Source: a bacterium (GTDB lineage: Bacteria > UBA8248). From it: a stretch of 64,000 nt of DNA. This document shows positions 35,303 through 45,229 of this stretch, in pieces. The DNA is taken from the NCBI GenBank assembly GCA_965261085.1, contig OZ253442.1, positions 2,304,001 through 2,368,000 on the forward strand. Reading direction: 5' to 3'. The position numbers and the translations under genes were made by a program. The notes below the pieces were generated by a model. The model searched no databases and had not been told where the DNA came from. It saw only the letters and a list, made by a program, of their open reading frames with translations. Position 1 is the stretch's first letter; every line of letters starts with the position of its first letter.

Positions 35303-35950
35303 TCAGTCCTCTCGCGTGAAGAGATACGCTATTCCGTGCCGGGTGTGTTCGCCTGAGTCCACTTTGCTCAAAAAATCGGCCCGGGAAACCGACCAGCGGT
35401 TCACCTCGCCGAGTTCTCGCACGCGCCATCCGGGCGCGTTCCATAACGCTTCGCCCCCAGAGTAGCCCGGTCCCTGCTGCACTACCGCTAGATACCAGCG
35501 GAGGCTCGGCGTGTCTAATATCGACCGCTCGGCGCCGGAATCAAACGGCAGCCAACAGGAAAATACGAAATCAGGCGCATAGGCGATGAGGGCGTCTTTC
35601 GCGTCCAGGGCTACGACCCCGTCGCGTCCGGCCGGGTCGGTCAGTTTCAGGTCCACCCCGCCCGCTTGCAGCGCTTTTCCGGTAATGGCGTCGCCGGCCC
35701 CCACCTCCAGGGCCGTTTCAGGAGCCAGAGCTGAGATTTCTTCTATCAGCGCATCCAGCCACTCGATGACGGGAAGCTGATACAGATTTTTCCTCTCACA
35801 GTAAACGAGCCAGCCCTCGCCACATTCTTCTTCGGCGAGCCTCGCGATGGCCTCGGCGTAGGGAAGGGGTTTCATCACATAAAACCCCGGGCGAGGGGAA
35901 TCCTTGTCGTTCCCTGCAGGAAACCCCGTTTCTGCAAGGGTTTCAACCAC
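35303..35950 (-). CDS. Hypothetical protein with a SAM-methyltransferase-like motif I
   Basis: ALEVGAGDA...LTD...DAKDAL...PDFVFSCW. Lies in the same-strand gene run. Confidence 0.55.
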   Translation of the reverse strand: MVETLAETGFPAGNDKDSPRPGFYVMKPLPYAEAIARLAEEECGEGWLVYCERKNLYQLPVIEWLDALIEEISALAPETALEVGAGDAITGKALQAGGVDLKLTDPAGRDGVVALDAKDALIAYAPDFVFSCWLPFDSGAERSILDTPSLRWYLAVVQQGPGYSGGEALWNAPGWRVRELGEVNRWSVSRADFLSKVDSGEHTRHGIAYLFTRED

Positions 35951-36004
35951 AAAGCCTCGCAGACCAAACCTCCGGAAAGCATCTCCCGGGATCGGATGAA
36001 CCTC

Positions 36005-37216
36005 CTAGACGCTGGGCCCAATCCTGTTGATGGCGAAGGCGTTGTCCTCATGCAGAATCTCGGCCTTCGTCATCTTTCCGCTCGCAACGTCGAGCACCTC
36101 GTCGTAGACGCGGCGTCCCGCCACTTCAATGGGCGCGCCCTCGAAGATGTCCGTCACGTCCACGTCCGTGGTGTCGGCCTGAAGCCTCGCCGAAAGCGGG
36201 TTGCCCGTGATGCGAATGGTGCTCATCAGGGGGTGGTTGATGGTGTGTCCGCCTCCCGTCGAGAAGATGAGCACCTGAGAGCCGCCTGCGGCGATTCCCG
36301 TAATGGACTCTCCACCGTGGCCGGGGGTGTCCATCACGTGGAGGCCGCACCTGCGGTTCGCGCGCTTCGCCCACGGGATCACGTCCACGATGGGGGCCGA
36401 ACCCGCCTTCTGGATGGCGCCCAGCGATTTCTCTTCAATCGTGGACAAGCCGCCCTCCATGTTATCGCCCGTGGGCTGGCTGCCTCTCAGATCGACGCCG
36501 CAGGCGAGGATTCGTTCTTCCATTTCCTCCACCATTCTCCAGATGCGCTTGCCCAGAGCCGGCCTCACGCATTTGGCGGCCAGTACGCCCTCGCCGCCCA
36601 TCATCTCCGTGGTTTCGGCCAGGAGCGCGCGTCCGCCCTGCTTGATGACCTGGTCCGTCACCCAGCCGGTGGCCTTGTTGTGGGAGAGGCCCGACGTGGT
36701 GTCGGATGTTCCGCAGTTGAGGCCCAGCAGAAGTTTGCTTATGGGCACCTCCTGGCGGCGTTCGTTCGTGAGTTCTCTGAGCATCTCCATGCCGATGCGC
36801 GTGGCCTTGGCGGTGGCGTTTATCGCGCCGCCGTCCTCGCGAATGTTGATCGCCTCCACGCGTTTTCCCGTTTTGGCGATTTCATGGGCGATCTCATCCG
36901 CCGTGCAGCCTTCCTCGCGGTGGTGATCGATGACGATGACGGCGCCCGCGTTGGCGTTTTGCCCGTGCCCGACGAGGGTTTCGAACGTGCGCTGGATGTC
37001 GGGGCCGATCTGGCAGCGTCCCAGCGGGTGGGTGAGGGCGACGCTATGCCGCAAGGTTCTGGCGACGCGCTCGCAGGTGGAGTTCGCGTAAAGCGTGCCG
37101 CTCAGCAGGAGCAGGTAGTTTCTCGCGCCCACGTCTCCATTTTCCCTGTGATATCCCCACCATGTTTTTCTCAGTCGTTTCGATGAGCTTGCGCCGGTTC
37201 CGTTTCTTCTGGCCAT
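36005..37216 (-). CDS. UxaA/SuyB family lyase or dehydratase, large subunit
   Basis: GYHRENGDVGARN, HPLGRCQ, GLNCGTSDTTSGL, ETTEMMG, GGLSTIEEKSLG, MDTPG, FSTGGG. Confidence 0.9.
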   Translation of the reverse strand: MARRNGTGASSSKRLRKTWWGYHRENGDVGARNYLLLLSGTLYANSTCERVARTLRHSVALTHPLGRCQIGPDIQRTFETLVGHGQNANAGAVIVIDHHREEGCTADEIAHEIAKTGKRVEAINIREDGGAINATAKATRIGMEMLRELTNERRQEVPISKLLLGLNCGTSDTTSGLSHNKATGWVTDQVIKQGGRALLAETTEMMGGEGVLAAKCVRPALGKRIWRMVEEMEERILACGVDLRGSQPTGDNMEGGLSTIEEKSLGAIQKAGSAPIVDVIPWAKRANRRCGLHVMDTPGHGGESITGIAAGGSQVLIFSTGGGHTINHPLMSTIRITGNPLSARLQADTTDVDVTDIFEGAPIEVAGRRVYDEVLDVASGKMTKAEILHEDNAFAINRIGPSV

Positions 37217-37231
37217 GACGGACCTCCTTCT

Positions 37232-37525
37232 CTACGCGAGGTCGCCGCGGCCGCGGGCGCTCTCTATGTTGTGAACGTGAATGTAGTCACCCACCTTGAT
37301 GTCCTTGCTCGCCACACCGATGGACAGGCCGTACTTCATGCAGTGCTCACCCTTTTTCAGGGGCTTGATGCAGATTTTGTGGATGTAGGGAATCGCCTGG
37401 CTGGCTTTGAGTGTTTCGCCCATCTTTCCGTTGATCATGAGGCGAACAGACCCTCCCTTGGCTACTTTTTCGAGACAGGTGGCGACGTTGTCTCCCTTTT
37501 CGATGATCATAGCTGTTACCGGCAT
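37232..37525 (-). CDS. UxaA/SuyA family small subunit (SAF domain)
   Basis: DNVAT, IPYIHKI, KYGLSIG.A..DI..G.YIHVHN, RGRGDL. Confidence 0.9.
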   Translation of the reverse strand: MPVTAMIIEKGDNVATCLEKVAKGGSVRLMINGKMGETLKASQAIPYIHKICIKPLKKGEHCMKYGLSIGVASKDIKVGDYIHVHNIESARGRGDLA

Positions 37526-37667
37526 ATCTTCTCCTTCAAAAATTCAGGGTGCGAAAGTACCTCGCGCCCAATCATGTGACGGATATGTGAGGAACGTCCA
37601 ATCAACGAGCCATAAAACTAGCGCATGGGGACAAACACTTCAACAAAGGCGGGGATTTTCATCACGC

Positions 37668-38717
37668 TCATCTCCCGGGCAAGGGCGCCACGCCCACCTC
37701 CGCCGCTATCCGGTCCAAATCCTGCGCGAGCGCTTCCTTGAGCGTAATGCCCTCAGACAGTGCCGCCCGATACCTGCGGTGAGCGCCTTCGCCCGGAATG
37801 CGGATTTCATCGAACCCGGGCGCCAGACCCGACGCCTTGATGCGCGTGACGGCCTCATCCACCGCCGCCTTGTAATCGCCGCCCAGGCATCTTTCCGGGT
37901 CTATCACCATCGCGAACATGGGCAGGCCAAAGGGTTTATCCGTCTCCAGCCAGTCGGGCTGGTCGGCGTCGAAACCATTGCCGGTCAGCGCCCCCGTCAA
38001 AAAGGTGAACATGAGCGCCAGCCCGTATCCCTTGTAATCGCCCAGTGGCAGCATGGTCCCCTTGGCGGCGAGGGCGGCGTCCGTGGTCGGGTTGCCCGAA
38101 GGGTCGAGCGCCCAACCTTCGGGGATCGGTTCGCCCGACTTGGCGGCCAGGAGCACGTAGCCTCTCGCCACCTTGGATGTGGCGATGTCGAAGAGGACGG
38201 GATATTCCTGATTGGAGGGGACGGCGAAGGCCACCGGATTGTTCCCGATCATTCTATCGGAGCCGCCCCACGGGGCGAGATTTCCCACCGCGCCGCTGAT
38301 GACCATGCCGATCATGCCGTGTTCGAGCGCCATGGCGGCGAAATAGCCGATGTGGCCCGTATGGGAGGATTTACGGATCGCGGCCGCGCCGATGCCGCCG
38401 GTTTTCGCCTTCTCGATGGCGACCTCCATGGCGCGCCGCGCAACGACGGCGCTCATGCCGTAGTCTCCGTCCAGGAGAGAAAAAGCGGGCAGGTCGTTGA
38501 TGGTACGCACACTCGGTTTTGGATTCGCCGTTCCGTTGCGGAGGCGCTCCACGAAAACCCCGAAACGAACGCACCCGTGTGAGTTCACGCCCCTGAGTTC
38601 GGCATCGACAATCTGGGCCGCGCACGCATTGGCGTCCGACTCCGGCAGGCCGACGGCCTGATAGACGCGCGCGAGATACGCATGAAGATCTTTCGCGTGA
38701 ACCTTGATATCCGCCAT
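37668..38717 (-). CDS. Ldh_2 family oxidoreductase
   Basis: AELRGVNSHG, SSHTG, GNNPVAFA, FDIATS, GDYKGYGL, RIPGE. Confidence 0.92.
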   Translation of the reverse strand: MADIKVHAKDLHAYLARVYQAVGLPESDANACAAQIVDAELRGVNSHGCVRFGVFVERLRNGTANPKPSVRTINDLPAFSLLDGDYGMSAVVARRAMEVAIEKAKTGGIGAAAIRKSSHTGHIGYFAAMALEHGMIGMVISGAVGNLAPWGGSDRMIGNNPVAFAVPSNQEYPVLFDIATSKVARGYVLLAAKSGEPIPEGWALDPSGNPTTDAALAAKGTMLPLGDYKGYGLALMFTFLTGALTGNGFDADQPDWLETDKPFGLPMFAMVIDPERCLGGDYKAAVDEAVTRIKASGLAPGFDEIRIPGEGAHRRYRAALSEGITLKEALAQDLDRIAAEVGVAPLPGR

Positions 38718-38845
38718 CTTTTCTCCTCGTGCGAGCGGGATAGCCGCGCGCAGATAAATCCCCGGCCTCGTCTTGGCGGATGGGAAAAAGAGTGCTAAGA
38801 GCTATTGCTTATGAGTTTGCCTTTACACGTGGAGGGTTCGCAAGC

Positions 38846-39934
38846 ATGAAAGCGTGGCGTTTCTACGCCTTTGGCGATATGAGGCTGGATGAGGTGCCCG
38901 ACCCCGAAGTGAAGCCGGGCTGGGCCCTGTGCAAGGTGCGTCGGGTGCAGCCGAGTATTACCGACGTGCAGCGATCCTTAGGCATCGGGACCATCAACTC
39001 GGCGCTTCTGAAAGAAATGCTCGACAAATACGCGCCCGTGCAGTTACTGGGTCATGAGATGAGCGCCGAAGTCGTCGAGGTGGGCGATGGCGTCACGCAC
39101 TTAAAACCGGGCGACAGGGTGTGCACCTCCGGCCACGTTCCGTGCCTCAAGTGTGACTTCTGCCGCGAGGGCCGGGAGATGTACTGCGTCGACAAGCTGC
39201 ACGTGGGCATCAACACGCCGGGCGCGTTCGCCGAGTATATCTGTCTTCCGGCGCACGGGCTCGTGAAGCCGCCCCAGACGCTGGACGATTCATCCATCTC
39301 CTGCCTGCAGCCTCTCTCCTCCACGGTCGCCGCCATGCGCGATGCGAAAATTCTGCCGGGCGAGACGGTGGCCATCACCGGCCAGGGGGTCATGGGTCTG
39401 TATGCCCTCCAGGCGGCGCGCACCTGTGGGGCGGGCGCCGTCTACGTCAGCGACGTGAAGGAAGAATCACTCGCCTTGAGCCGTAAATTCGGGGCGGATG
39501 AAGTCATCGACGCGCGAGTGGATGATCCCGTAGAGAGAGTGATGGATATCACGTCGGGCAAGGGCGTCGACCTCGTTTTCGAGTGCGCGGGCGGAAATGC
39601 GGATCAGGGACTCTCGGGCCACGCCACGCTCCATCAGGCGACGCGCATGGTCCGCATTGGTGGGCGCGTCATGCAAATCGCCGGCCTCATCGGCGAGGTG
39701 AGATTCGACCCGGTCTTCATGCGCGCGCAGGGGATTCAGTGGATTTTTCCGGAAGGCCATGGCGCGGACACCGTGGCCCTGGGCGGAAAATGGGTGGCCG
39801 GCGGAAGGATTGACGTGCGCTCTCTCATCACGCATGAGGAACACGGAATCGAAAATCTGCCTCGGGTGATGGAGATTACCGACAAGAAGGCCGAATACCG
39901 GGCCACGAACCCTTGCCAGCTCGTATTGGCGTAG
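38846..39934 (+). CDS. Zn-dependent (MDR) alcohol dehydrogenase family protein
   Basis: LLGHEMSAEVVEVG, structural-Zn CLKCDFC...C, ITGQGVMG, GVDLVFECAG. The catalytic Cys position reads QPSITD. Confidence 0.88.
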   Translation: MKAWRFYAFGDMRLDEVPDPEVKPGWALCKVRRVQPSITDVQRSLGIGTINSALLKEMLDKYAPVQLLGHEMSAEVVEVGDGVTHLKPGDRVCTSGHVPCLKCDFCREGREMYCVDKLHVGINTPGAFAEYICLPAHGLVKPPQTLDDSSISCLQPLSSTVAAMRDAKILPGETVAITGQGVMGLYALQAARTCGAGAVYVSDVKEESLALSRKFGADEVIDARVDDPVERVMDITSGKGVDLVFECAGGNADQGLSGHATLHQATRMVRIGGRVMQIAGLIGEVRFDPVFMRAQGIQWIFPEGHGADTVALGGKWVAGGRIDVRSLITHEEHGIENLPRVMEITDKKAEYRATNPCQLVLA

Positions 39935-39979
39935 GGAGTTTTATTTCATCGTTTTATACATGATTTCTTAAGGAGAAAA

Positions 39980-40771
39980 GTGATGGACCTAGGTTTGAAG
40001 GGAAAAATCGCCATCGTGACGGGCGCGAGCCGCGGCATCGGCCGCGAATGCGCGATCGCTCTGGCGAAAGAGGGCGCCCGAGTGTGCGTCACGGCGCGCG
40101 ATGAGGCGCTTTTGGCTACGGCGGTGGAAGATGTGAACGCCGCAGGGGGCGAGGGCATGTTCGTCTCCTCCGATCTGACCTCGCTGGATGGCTGCAAGAA
40201 GGTGGTCGAGGCGTGCGTGGCGAATTTCGGCGGCGTGGACGTTCTCATCAACAGTGCGGGCGCGGCGAGGGGCGGAGATATCCTGGCGCTCGATGCGGAG
40301 TTCATCACCGAGGCGCTTACGCTCAAGACCTACGGGTATCTGCGCATGTCCCAGTTGGTGATTCCCCACATGAAAAAGAACGGCTGGGGCCGCATCGTGA
40401 ACATCGCGGGCGGAGCGGGCGCGAGCCCTGCGCGGGGGAACATCCCCACGAGTGCGGCGAACATCACGGTGCTCAACAACACGAGGGCGCTTTCTGACGC
40501 CGTGGCGGGCGATGGGATTCAGGTGAACACCGTCTGCCCGGGCATGACGAATACGCAGCGCGCGCGGGATATCATGCAGGGTCCGGCGGAAAAGGCGGGC
40601 AAGGACGTCGAGGAGTTTCTGAAAGAAGTCGGCGCCAGGACGCCGGCCGGCAGGATCGCCGAGCCTGAAGAAGTGGCGAACGTCGCCACGTTTTTCGCCT
40701 CCGCCGCGTGCTCTTACGTGAACGGAAGCTCCATCTACATGGACGGCGGCAGCCGCAGGGCGACGCCTTAA
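39980..40771 (+). CDS. SDR family oxidoreductase (atypical active site)
   Basis: TGASRGIG, NSAG, GWGRIVNI, QVNTVCPG, IYMDGG. YxxxK is replaced by TSAAN. Confidence 0.88.
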   Translation: MMDLGLKGKIAIVTGASRGIGRECAIALAKEGARVCVTARDEALLATAVEDVNAAGGEGMFVSSDLTSLDGCKKVVEACVANFGGVDVLINSAGAARGGDILALDAEFITEALTLKTYGYLRMSQLVIPHMKKNGWGRIVNIAGGAGASPARGNIPTSAANITVLNNTRALSDAVAGDGIQVNTVCPGMTNTQRARDIMQGPAEKAGKDVEEFLKEVGARTPAGRIAEPEEVANVATFFASAACSYVNGSSIYMDGGSRRATP

Positions 40772-40792
40772 GCGACGCCGCGCGCCTTTTTC

Positions 40793-40833
40793 TCCTCCGG
40801 GCGGGATTTTCGAGCGCCGCCCGGAGGATTTTT
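40793..40833 (+). terminator. Stem-loop or terminator after the SDR gene
   Basis: TCCTCCGGGCGG ... CCGCCCGGAGGA followed by TTTTT. Confidence 0.55.
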
Positions 40834-40847
40834 ATTAGTCATGAGGA

Positions 40848-41933
40848 ATGAGACAGAAGATGGCGAAACTTTTCGATGCGTTTTCTTTGAGGGGCGTCAC
40901 GCTCAGAAACCGGATTTCCGTATCACCCATGTGCCAGTACAGCGCCGAGGACGGCAAGCTCACGGATTGGCATCTCGTGCATTTGGGCGCTCGCGCGGTC
41001 GGCGGCGCCGGGTTGGTGATGGTCGAAATGACGAACGTGGAGGCGCGCGGACGCATTACGCACGGGTGTTCGGGCATCTGGTCGGATGCGCACGTCGAGC
41101 CGCTGGCGCGGGTCGCCCGGCTCGTTTCCGATCAAGGGGCCGTCGCCGCGATTCAGATAGGGCACGCGGGCCGCAAGGGGAGTTGCGCGCCCACCTGGGA
41201 GGGCGGTGGCCCCATCTCGGATGAGGAAGGTGGATGGGATATCGTGGCTCCAAGCGCGATCCCGTTTCACGACAAGGCGCACGTACCCAAGGCGCTCAGC
41301 GTTCCGGAAATCGCTGAAATCCAGGAAGCGTTTCGCCAGGGCGCGAGACGTGCTGATGAGGCGGGTTTCGAGTGGCTCGAAATTCACGGCGCGCATGGAT
41401 ATCTGTTCCACAGCTTTCATTCTCCGGTTTCGAACCACAGAGAGGATAACTACGGGGGCAGCTTCGAGAACCGCATACGCTTCACCGTGGAGACGACTCG
41501 AATCGTAAGAGAACAATGGCCGGAGGAGAAGCCGCTCGCCATCCGCCTCTCCTGCACGGACTATTACGAGGGCGGCTGGACGCTCGATGAAACCATTGAA
41601 CTCGCGAAAATCCTCAAAACCGAAGGAATCGACCTGATTGATTGCAGCGGGGGCGGGGGAACGCCGCTGGCCAAGATTCCCGTGGGACCGGGTTATCAGG
41701 TGCCGCTATCACAAGCCGTGCGCACAGGCGCCGATATTCCCACCGGCACGGTTGGGATGATTACCCAGGCGTGGCAGGCGGATGAAATTGTCCGAAACGG
41801 CCAGGCCGACATTGTCTTCATGGCGCGTGAGATGTTGCGCGAGCCCTATTGGGCGCAAAAAGCGGCCGCAGCACTCGGCGTGATGGATGAGGCCTATGTC
41901 GCAGACCCATACCACCGCGCCCACGGGAGATGA
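40848..41933 (+). CDS. Old yellow enzyme, NamA/YqjM subgroup (NADH:flavin oxidoreductase)
   Basis: NRISVSPMCQYS, HLGARAVGGAGL, IQIGHAGRK, EIHGAHGYL, YGGSFENRIRF, GPGYQVP. Confidence 0.93.
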   Translation: MRQKMAKLFDAFSLRGVTLRNRISVSPMCQYSAEDGKLTDWHLVHLGARAVGGAGLVMVEMTNVEARGRITHGCSGIWSDAHVEPLARVARLVSDQGAVAAIQIGHAGRKGSCAPTWEGGGPISDEEGGWDIVAPSAIPFHDKAHVPKALSVPEIAEIQEAFRQGARRADEAGFEWLEIHGAHGYLFHSFHSPVSNHREDNYGGSFENRIRFTVETTRIVREQWPEEKPLAIRLSCTDYYEGGWTLDETIELAKILKTEGIDLIDCSGGGGTPLAKIPVGPGYQVPLSQAVRTGADIPTGTVGMITQAWQADEIVRNGQADIVFMAREMLREPYWAQKAAAALGVMDEAYVADPYHRAHGR

Positions 41934-42009
41934 CGCCTGGGCCGCTGAGCATCGGTATTTTCTCCTCTTTCTAGAGTGCCATAAGCGTGGTCTGCTCCCG
42001 TGCAAAACG

Positions 42010-42038
42010 TTGACAAGTTTCAAGGGCCGTGTTGTAAT
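42010..42038 (+). promoter_or_regulatory. Sigma70 promoter for the Liv-type ABC operon
   Basis: TTGACA-N17-TGTAAT with an extended TG. Confidence 0.55.
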
Positions 42039-42095
42039 TTTCGGACTGCCAAACAACCGAATAACAGGGTTCACATTCACACGGGAGAATAGTCG

Positions 42096-43283
42096 ATGAA
42101 CCACACCTTTTCGCGCATTCTGAGACGCGCCTCCTTCTGGGGAGCGCTTGCCGTAATGATTGGTTTGTTGGGTGGTCCGCTCGCCGGTGACGCGCCGGCG
42201 CAGGCCAAGAAGAAGCCGCTTCGCTTCGGGGTCGCCGACCCCCTGACCGGGCCTGCCGCGATTTTCGGCAAGGACCAGATGCAGGCGGTCCGCTGGGCGG
42301 TCGAGGACATCAACGCCAAGGGCGGCGTCAACGGCCATCCGCTCGAAGCCATCATTCTGGATCACCAGGCGAAGCCCGAGGTCGGCATCGCGGTGGTCAA
42401 CCGCTTCGTACACGTGGAGAAAGTGCCGGTATACATCACCGCGTTCAGCAACGTGGTCAAAGCGGTCGCGCCCATCGCCAACCGCGAGAAGGTGCTGATG
42501 CTGAGCGTGGGCGCAAACGCGCCGGCCATCGCACGGCTGGGCGATTACGTCTATACGACCTTCCCGCTGGCGGACGTGGATATGAACGCGCTCGGCCAAT
42601 ACGCCTATCAGAAGATGGGCAAGCGCCGCGCCGCCGTCTTGCACGTGAACCACGAGACGGGCAGGGACGGGGCCAAAGTATTCCGCGACAGCTTCAAGAA
42701 GGCCGGCGGTAAAATCGTCGTCTTCGAGTCCTACGAACAAGAGAGATCGGACTTCACCGGGCTGGTGCTCAAGGTGAAAGCGGCCAACCCCGACATCATC
42801 CACATTCACAGCGTGATCCGCGATTTCACGGCCGTCGTCGCGCAAATGCGTCAGCTCGGCGTGAAAACCCAGATCACCAGCTACCAGACGGCTTTCAACC
42901 CGAAGATGATCCAGCAGTTGGGCAAGGGAGCGGAGGGCATCATCGTGACCGCGCTGGCTCCCAGCGTGGAGGACAACAAGAACCTGCCCGCCTATATCGA
43001 GCGCTGGAAAAAGGCGTACAAGCGCATGCCCATCGGGCTGCCCTATACGCAGTATTTCTATGATGCGCCCTACATCGTGGCGGCGCTTTACAAGTGGGTG
43101 CTGGACAGGAAGCTGCCGATTACCGGCGAGAACATGCGCAAGGCGCTGGTCGCGCAGAAGACGTTCGAACAGCCTTTGACGAATACGGTGACCATCAACG
43201 ACAACCACACGGTCAAGAAGCCGGTTTATTTCTGGCAGGTCAAGGGCGGAAAATTCGTATTGATCGGCTCCCAGAAGGATTAG
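42096..43283 (+). CDS. Branched-chain amino acid (HAAT) ABC transporter substrate-binding protein
   Basis: Signal peptide, PLTGPAAIFG, INAKGGVNG, KVKAANPD. Confidence 0.9.
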   Translation: MNHTFSRILRRASFWGALAVMIGLLGGPLAGDAPAQAKKKPLRFGVADPLTGPAAIFGKDQMQAVRWAVEDINAKGGVNGHPLEAIILDHQAKPEVGIAVVNRFVHVEKVPVYITAFSNVVKAVAPIANREKVLMLSVGANAPAIARLGDYVYTTFPLADVDMNALGQYAYQKMGKRRAAVLHVNHETGRDGAKVFRDSFKKAGGKIVVFESYEQERSDFTGLVLKVKAANPDIIHIHSVIRDFTAVVAQMRQLGVKTQITSYQTAFNPKMIQQLGKGAEGIIVTALAPSVEDNKNLPAYIERWKKAYKRMPIGLPYTQYFYDAPYIVAALYKWVLDRKLPITGENMRKALVAQKTFEQPLTNTVTINDNHTVKKPVYFWQVKGGKFVLIGSQKD

Positions 43284-43304
43284 CCCCCGTCATGTTTTCT
43301 TTGT

Positions 43305-43330
43305 GTGGGCGCGCCGACGGGCGCGCCCAC
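43305..43330. other. GC-rich intercistronic hairpin after the SBP gene (probable mRNA-stabilising stem-loop)
   Basis: GTGGGCGCGCC-GACG-GGCGCGCCCAC, perfect 11-bp stem with no T tail. Confidence 0.55.
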
Positions 43331-43359
43331 CCGGATTTTATAGTGTGTGACGTCAAGCC

Positions 43360-44307
43360 ATGCTGACCTGGGGGATATTGGGGCAACTCCTGTGGACGGG
43401 GTTCGCCGCGGCGACCTATTACTGCCTGTTCGCGGTGGCCTTCTCACTCGTCCTCAAGGTCAACAAGATATGGAACTTCGCCCAGCCCGGGGTGATGGTG
43501 TTCTCCTACTACGCCATGCTCGTGGCGTTTCGGTACTGGGGTTTGCCGCTCGTTCCCGCCCTGATCTTTGGGCTCCTGATAACGCTTGCCGTCTCGCTCG
43601 CCCTTGAGCGCTACGCCTTCATGGTTTTCCGAGACCGAAATTCCTCGATCCTGACCCTGTTCATCTTCGCGATCGTATTTTCCGAGTTCTCTGTCTATTT
43701 CACCGAGCTCGCCTTCGGGACTGAACCGCAGACGCTCTACCCGAGCCTGTTGTGGCCCGTCGATTTCTACGCCGGCATTGCGGTCAGCCACTGGGATCTC
43801 ATGGCCATCTCGGTGACGGCCGTGCTCATGTTGATCCTCTATGTCTTCATTCACCGCACGCGCTACGGTCAGTATCTTATCGCCGTCGCCGACAACGAGA
43901 ATCTGGCGGAGATATACGGAATCAGCCGAAAGCGCGCCTATGGCGTTTCGATCTCAATCGCCGCGTTGCTCGTCACGGCGGGCATGTATCTTTTCGGGAC
44001 GAAAGCGGCGCTGTTTCCCTCCACGCCGCTGCAGCATCTTTTGATCTTCGCCGTTATCGCGACGATTCTGGCCGGAATCGGCAATGTCTTTCGCGCCGGA
44101 ATTGCGGCTATAGCGCTGAGCCTAATACAGGCGTTCAGCATTCTCGTCATCGCGTCCAAATGGCAGGTATTGCTCGCGTATATTCTGATTTTCGTCGTCA
44201 TCATCTTCTTCCCGCGCGGATTCTCCCTTCCGCGCAAGCTGAGCGGGCTGGTGAGACCCTCAGGACGCTCCGCCGCCGTGGCGGTGGCCGACCCTGCTGG
44301 AGACTGA
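43360..44307 (+). CDS. HAAT ABC permease, LivH-like
   Basis: Multi-TM protein, WNFAQ, TRYG...AVADNENLAEIYGI, ILAGIG, FFPRG. Confidence 0.88.
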   Translation: MLTWGILGQLLWTGFAAATYYCLFAVAFSLVLKVNKIWNFAQPGVMVFSYYAMLVAFRYWGLPLVPALIFGLLITLAVSLALERYAFMVFRDRNSSILTLFIFAIVFSEFSVYFTELAFGTEPQTLYPSLLWPVDFYAGIAVSHWDLMAISVTAVLMLILYVFIHRTRYGQYLIAVADNENLAEIYGISRKRAYGVSISIAALLVTAGMYLFGTKAALFPSTPLQHLLIFAVIATILAGIGNVFRAGIAAIALSLIQAFSILVIASKWQVLLAYILIFVVIIFFPRGFSLPRKLSGLVRPSGRSAAVAVADPAGD

Positions 44308-44314
44308 GTAGAAA

Positions 44315-45229
44315 ATGGAATACATACTCACCGTGATGGTGCTTATCGGGATCAACGTGATCCTCGCCACGAGCTTCAACCTCATTCTGGGATATGGCGG
44401 CCTGATGAGCGTCGCCCATCCCATTTTCTACGCTATCGGGGCCTATGGTTCTGGTTTAATGGCGATTCACCTACAGATTCCGGTTCCACTGTCGATCCTG
44501 ATAGGGGCGTTGATCGCGATGGTGCTCTCGTTTGGTGTCTCGCTGCCCTCGCTTCGCGTGTCTGGCGATTACCTCGTCATCGCCAGCATTGGGTTTCAAC
44601 TCGGCATCCTGCATGTGATCAATAACCTCGAATTCACCGGCGCGGCAGGTGGGCTGACCAACATTCCCGTGCTGAATGAAGGCCCGTCGCGAAGCCTCGT
44701 ATTCGTCCTGCTCGTCTCGGTCGTCGCCGCCTGCGTGGTTCTCCTCGTGGGCTGGATCGTCGAGGGGGATTACGGGCGGGCCATCACCGCCATGCGCAAT
44801 GATGAGGAAGCCTTCAGCGCGCTGGGCCGCAACGCGATGAACATCAAAATCGTGCTGTTCGCCATTGGTTCGGGCATGGCGGGTTTGGCGGGCGCGCTCT
44901 ACGCCCATTACTTCGCCTACGTCACCCCCGAGCAGTTCGGCATATTCACCTCCGCGGCCCTGCTGACGATGGTGGTCGTGGGCGGCGCCGCCACGACGTG
45001 GGGGCCCCTGGTGGGAGCGGTGCTCCTGACGACTCTTCCGCAAGCCATCACGTTTCTCGGCTTGCCTGTCTCCATCATGGCGCCGCTTCAGGGCGTCATC
45101 TACACGACGCTCGTCATATTCTTCCTCTTTGCGCGGCCCCAGGGCCTAACGGGAGGCAGCCGAGGCGGCGGAGGGATCGAGGCGTGGAGCGCGAGTGCGG
45201 CCTTCAGGGCGAGGAGGGATGCGGAGTGA
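44315..45229 (+). CDS. HAAT ABC permease, LivM-like
   Basis: NLILGYGG, IGAY, LRVSGDYL, AMRNDEEA..ALG, MVVVGG, RPQGL. Confidence 0.9.
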   Translation: MEYILTVMVLIGINVILATSFNLILGYGGLMSVAHPIFYAIGAYGSGLMAIHLQIPVPLSILIGALIAMVLSFGVSLPSLRVSGDYLVIASIGFQLGILHVINNLEFTGAAGGLTNIPVLNEGPSRSLVFVLLVSVVAACVVLLVGWIVEGDYGRAITAMRNDEEAFSALGRNAMNIKIVLFAIGSGMAGLAGALYAHYFAYVTPEQFGIFTSAALLTMVVVGGAATTWGPLVGAVLLTTLPQAITFLGLPVSIMAPLQGVIYTTLVIFFLFARPQGLTGGSRGGGGIEAWSASAAFRARRDAE

